Assembly: GCF_902459465.1 (NCBI RefSeq)
Contig: NC_047063.1
Location: 18,414,001-18,478,000 of the forward strand
Source: Asterias rubens
Lineage: Eukaryota
Reading direction: 5' to 3'
DNA length: 64,000 nucleotides
Shown: piece by piece, positions 61,970 to 64,000 of the stretch
Numbering within the stretch: the stretch's first letter is position 1
Layout: each line of letters begins with the position of its first letter
The notes under the pieces: model-generated
Seen by the model: the letters and a program-made list of their open reading frames with translations, nothing else
Told to the model about the DNA's origin: nothing
Database searches by the model: none
Program-made: the position numbers and the translations under genes

Positions 61970-64000
61970 ATGCCACGTCTCACCAATGTACAGGGCACCA
62001 CCCTGCTGAGATCTCTGCCCTATCCTAATATGATGAGATTGTCGCAGCTTCTTGATCCGCCAACTCCAACATTTCTAGACTGGAGAGGCCTAGCCGGTCG
62101 GATTCTTCGAAACTCAGACGGTGCACCGAGATACGATGCGCTTGCCATAGCGTAAGATTTATTACCTACTGGGAAATAGGAATCAAGAATTGTGAAAAAT
62201 TGTCAAAACGCTCCAAGTCATGACACACAATTTTGTGTCCTTGAGAAAAAGACACTTGATTTTTATTGCTTCCCGTCACTAGGGGTAAATGGGAACCTGT
62301 GAGGACAGAGATGTTTCTTGTGAATGAATAAGCTTAGTGCGCTATAGACGATGTGACCTGCGACATCACATCTTAACAAGAGAGCCACAGAGCCTGGACT
62401 TCCTGTAGGCAAGATTTGTACACAGCCTTATTAAAGAAAACATAAAATCTTATATTTTATGGAGATTGCACTGCCTAATTCTTATCGACTTTAGATATGA
62501 TGAAAGGGGCACACCTCAAAACTTGTCAAGCTTTTACTTTCATAACCCTTGGATTTATGTGGAAGTTATGACACAAAACATCAACTTTCTCATATGGTCA
62601 GTGCAGTATCTTGCTTGCCAGAATACCCAAAAAGTGTACAAGGTCACACTTTTTGTAAAGAAAGTTCACATGGTATATACTTGGCAGCATTGGCTGTATA
62701 CTCCCCAGGGTGCTAAGATGGTTTAAGGAATGAAAATATATGACCCAGGGGTAATAATGTTAACAATGTAATATGCACAATGATCAGTTTCAGACTTTTT
62801 TTGTCAGCGCTGATTCTCATCTCTGGTTTTGACTCTGGTTGTTTTTTACAGGAATTTTGATTTGGCACACAGACGCCGTGGGGGAAGTCCGACTATGGAG
62901 CTGATCAGAGACTGGGGTACATCTAATGCAACCGTACAGGATCTAGTAGGATACCTGAATGATATGGGACATTATGCTGCTGCTGAGAGCCTTCTACCTG
63001 GTAATATAACACCGTTTCAGACAGGCGCTCCAGAGTTGTGCCGAACCAAATTCTGAATTAAGTACATGAAAAGTTTGACGTCTGAAACAGTTAGGAGCGA
63101 CTGGATGCGCTGGAGGTCGAAAGATCAACTGTTGCAGTCGGTCGGAACGACTCTGGAGCGCATTGGTTTCAGACGTCGATCTTGTCATGAGCCTAACCTA
63201 ATGTGAATGTTATGTTAAGTTCGCCTGTATGAAACCAACATTTAATTGGGTCATCCCAGAGTCGCTCCTAATCTATTTGGTTCGGCGCGACGCTGGAGCG
63301 CCTGTCTGAACTGAGTGTAATATGAGTATTGAATTAAATTATTACCCAAATTTGACAGAAAAGACTGCAGGCTCGAGGCCCGTGGTTTACACCCAGGGCC
63401 GATTTTACAAAGAGCTAAGAACGATCTCAACTGCAAATCGATTGTAGTTGTTTTAGCAGCAAAGTGTAATGTCACAATGCAACTCACAATGGGAATACTG
63501 ATAATTTGTCTAGCGATGAATTCAATTGCTCTGTGAAATCGAGCCCTGGGCCATTAAACTCATGACCTGACAAGTCGAACAATCTTGTATTTTTCCATTG
63601 AATTTCCTGTAAGGTTTCATATCTTTAGCAGAAAAAAAATGATTTGCAATTGTCCCATTGTCCTTTTGAATTTGTACACAATTTTGCTGTTGCCAAAGCA
63701 TTGTATTGACTTTCTTGTAATCAACTTGCTATTGTCTTTTTTACCTTGCCATATTTTTTGGTGTAATTATTGTTCTATTTTATTCTATTCTACAATAGAT
63801 CTTAATCTGAATGCACAAGGTCAAGTTTCTTCTTCCACAGTGAGCCAAGACCAGTACGAGAGCTTGGCAGAAGGGGCTAACTTTGCCAGCCCATCACATC
63901 GGCTCCTTAGCGACTGTAGTTCCGGGGAAAACGGGGACACACAAGAAAACCCCAAAACACCGTCAGAAACAAATGACTGCAACGAGGTGTCTTCTTCAAC
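61970..64000 (+). CDS. IRAK4: IRAK4-like protein, N-terminal death domain (partial; continues past the window end)
   Basis: Exons 61970-62151, 62852-63000, 63799-64000 and beyond give ...RLSQLLDPPTPTFLDWRGLAGRILRNSDGAPRYDALAIANFDLAHRRRGGSPTMELIRDWGTSNATVQDLVGYL.... This matches the IRAK4 death-domain pattern (SPTxELxxDWGTxNxTVxDL). An in-frame stop at 61916 lies upstream of the ATG. The kinase domain is not in the window. Confidence 0.8.
63016..63310. mobile_element. About 295-bp MITE (TIR TTCAGACAGGCGCTCCAG...GCCGAACCAAAT)
   Basis: About 36-bp imperfect TIR in an IRAK4-like intron. Confidence 0.7.

Noticed and set aside
12285-63548. CWG flanks of Harbinger-like MITEs are inverted (CAG/CTG) in three copies and direct in one
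   Set aside because: Four copies are too few to separate a mechanism from point mutation or boundary misassignment.

Overview
AT-rich, intron-rich animal genomic DNA. The repeat families and gene content suggest a marine invertebrate deuterostome, probably an echinoderm, but this is inference. I rebuilt five spliced protein-coding genes by eye, with consistent GT-AG boundaries and reading phase. (1) LSM8 (+, 4 exons, 96 aa), whose first intron is U12-type. (2) RPN1/ribophorin I (-, 11 exons, 603 aa). (3) IPO9/importin-9 (+, 23 coding exons, about 1048-1053 aa), head-to-head with RPN1. (4) A 1612-aa protein (-, 4 coding exons, with a 4.36-kb last exon). Its N-terminus resembles the ZNF292/RLF/ZNF654 helical domain, but it has no zinc fingers. 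(5) The 5' part of an IRAK4-like gene (+, death domain), which runs off the window end and sits behind a TATA promoter carrying clustered NF-kB, GAS, ETS and CRE motifs. Introns and intergenic DNA are packed with non-autonomous TIR elements (TTAA-, CWG-, 4-bp- and 9-bp-TSD types), tRNA-derived SINEs and minisatellites. TACATGTA 8-mers are in excess, and two of them are demonstrably 6-bp insertions at TA. No prokaryotic, CRISPR or intact tRNA/rRNA features were found. Homology calls come from remembered sequences, not database searches.
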